Source: a virus (taxonomy: Duplodnaviria; Caudoviricetes). From it: 64,000 bases of DNA. Location: positions 917-64,916 of IMG/VR virus record IMGVR_UViG_3300006802_000002; one strand, given 5' to 3'. Position 1 is the first letter of the stretch. Each line of letters starts with the position of its first letter. The translations under genes and the position numbers were made by a program. Below, in pieces: positions 63,265 through 64,000 of this stretch. The notes under the pieces were generated by a model, which searched no databases, was not told where the DNA came from, and worked only from the letters and a program-made list of their open reading frames with translations.

Positions 63265-63495
63265 AATGTATTATTAAAGAAGTATTATAATAACCTTTAA
63301 GTAAAATATAATCTAAACATATTCTAGAAGATATTAGAGAACATTATAATACATATATAATATCTTAAAATTATAAGATATCTAATAATATATAAAATAC
63401 TATAAATATATTATATATTCTTAAATATCTTACGTAAGTAGAAAATTTTAATTTCAAGGGGCTTGAACAAAAATATTTTAACCCTATCTGTACCC
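63265..63495. other. Extremely AT-rich non-coding element (origin-like), copy 2
   Basis: Shares TACGTA, ATTTCAAGGGG, AAAAATATTTTA and TATCTGTA with copy 1 at identical spacing. Confidence 0.55.
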
Positions 63496-64000
63496 CAGAA
63501 TTTTTGTTTTTGAAATCAATTTTTTATGTGGAGTTTGTAAATTATGTCCGATACTAAAGACCCTGTTGGATTTTTTGTTGGACCTTCTAAAATTCGCCGT
63601 CTTAACAAGTGGCGTAATCGTCATAAGAAGGCTGCACAACATCGAATGAACCATGTTGAGCGTGCTAATAAGAATAGAGGTAATCTTAAGCGTGGGGGTA
63701 AGTAATGGATAGTTATATTATCGTTCATGGTGCTGGATTAACTGCATTAGTATTTTGTGTTATTGTTATTTGTGTAGCTTCCATTTGGAATGTGTGGAAT
63801 ATTATGAGGCTTAAGTAATGGATATTACATATATTCCTAAGAAAGAAGATGTTAAGCATCAAACTAAATGCTTTGAAGTGTTCAATAATCTTTATCCTAG
63901 TATTAAAGAAGAAGATGTAGTTGTCTTAACTATGTCTAAGAAAGATGCGAGTGTTCTTGCACTTCTTTTGCAGGAATTTTCAAGTAAAGAAGATGGTTCA

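Overview
The window is most of the genome of a lytic-looking, AT-rich podovirus-type dsDNA phage. It is circularly permuted and begins inside an rIIA-like gene. Its family-A DNA polymerase carries a DnaJ-type CxxCxGxG zinc-finger insertion, as in HMO-2011-type phages. The gene set and the promoter shapes suggest an alphaproteobacterial host (inference). The + strand 1-23.1 kb holds rIIA/rIIB, primase, helicase, Pol A, SSB, nucleases, class II RNR, RNA ligase, ThyX and a deaminase. The - strand 23.1-52.4 kb holds lysis genes with an embedded Tad2-like gene, internal virion proteins, tail, capsid, portal, terminase, a TPR-GT41 (SPINDLY/OGT-like) glycosyltransferase and Ser/Thr-rich fibre genes. 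The probable genome end and an AT-rich element lie at about 52.4-53.5 kb. The + strand 53.5-64 kb is an early region with host-type promoters, an AAA+/vWA-like pair, a ~1.35 kb densely structured non-coding RNA locus and tRNAs. There are four tRNAs in total. No RNA polymerase or integrase was recognised. The strongest candidates for new biology are: (1) the GT41 enzyme beside Ser/Thr-rich virion genes, with a promoter/hairpin translational switch; (2) the promoter-driven structured ncRNA cluster with anti-Shine-Dalgarno loops; (3) dispersed helically phased DNA elements resembling strong gyrase sites. All calls come from reading motifs by eye; no database searches were run.
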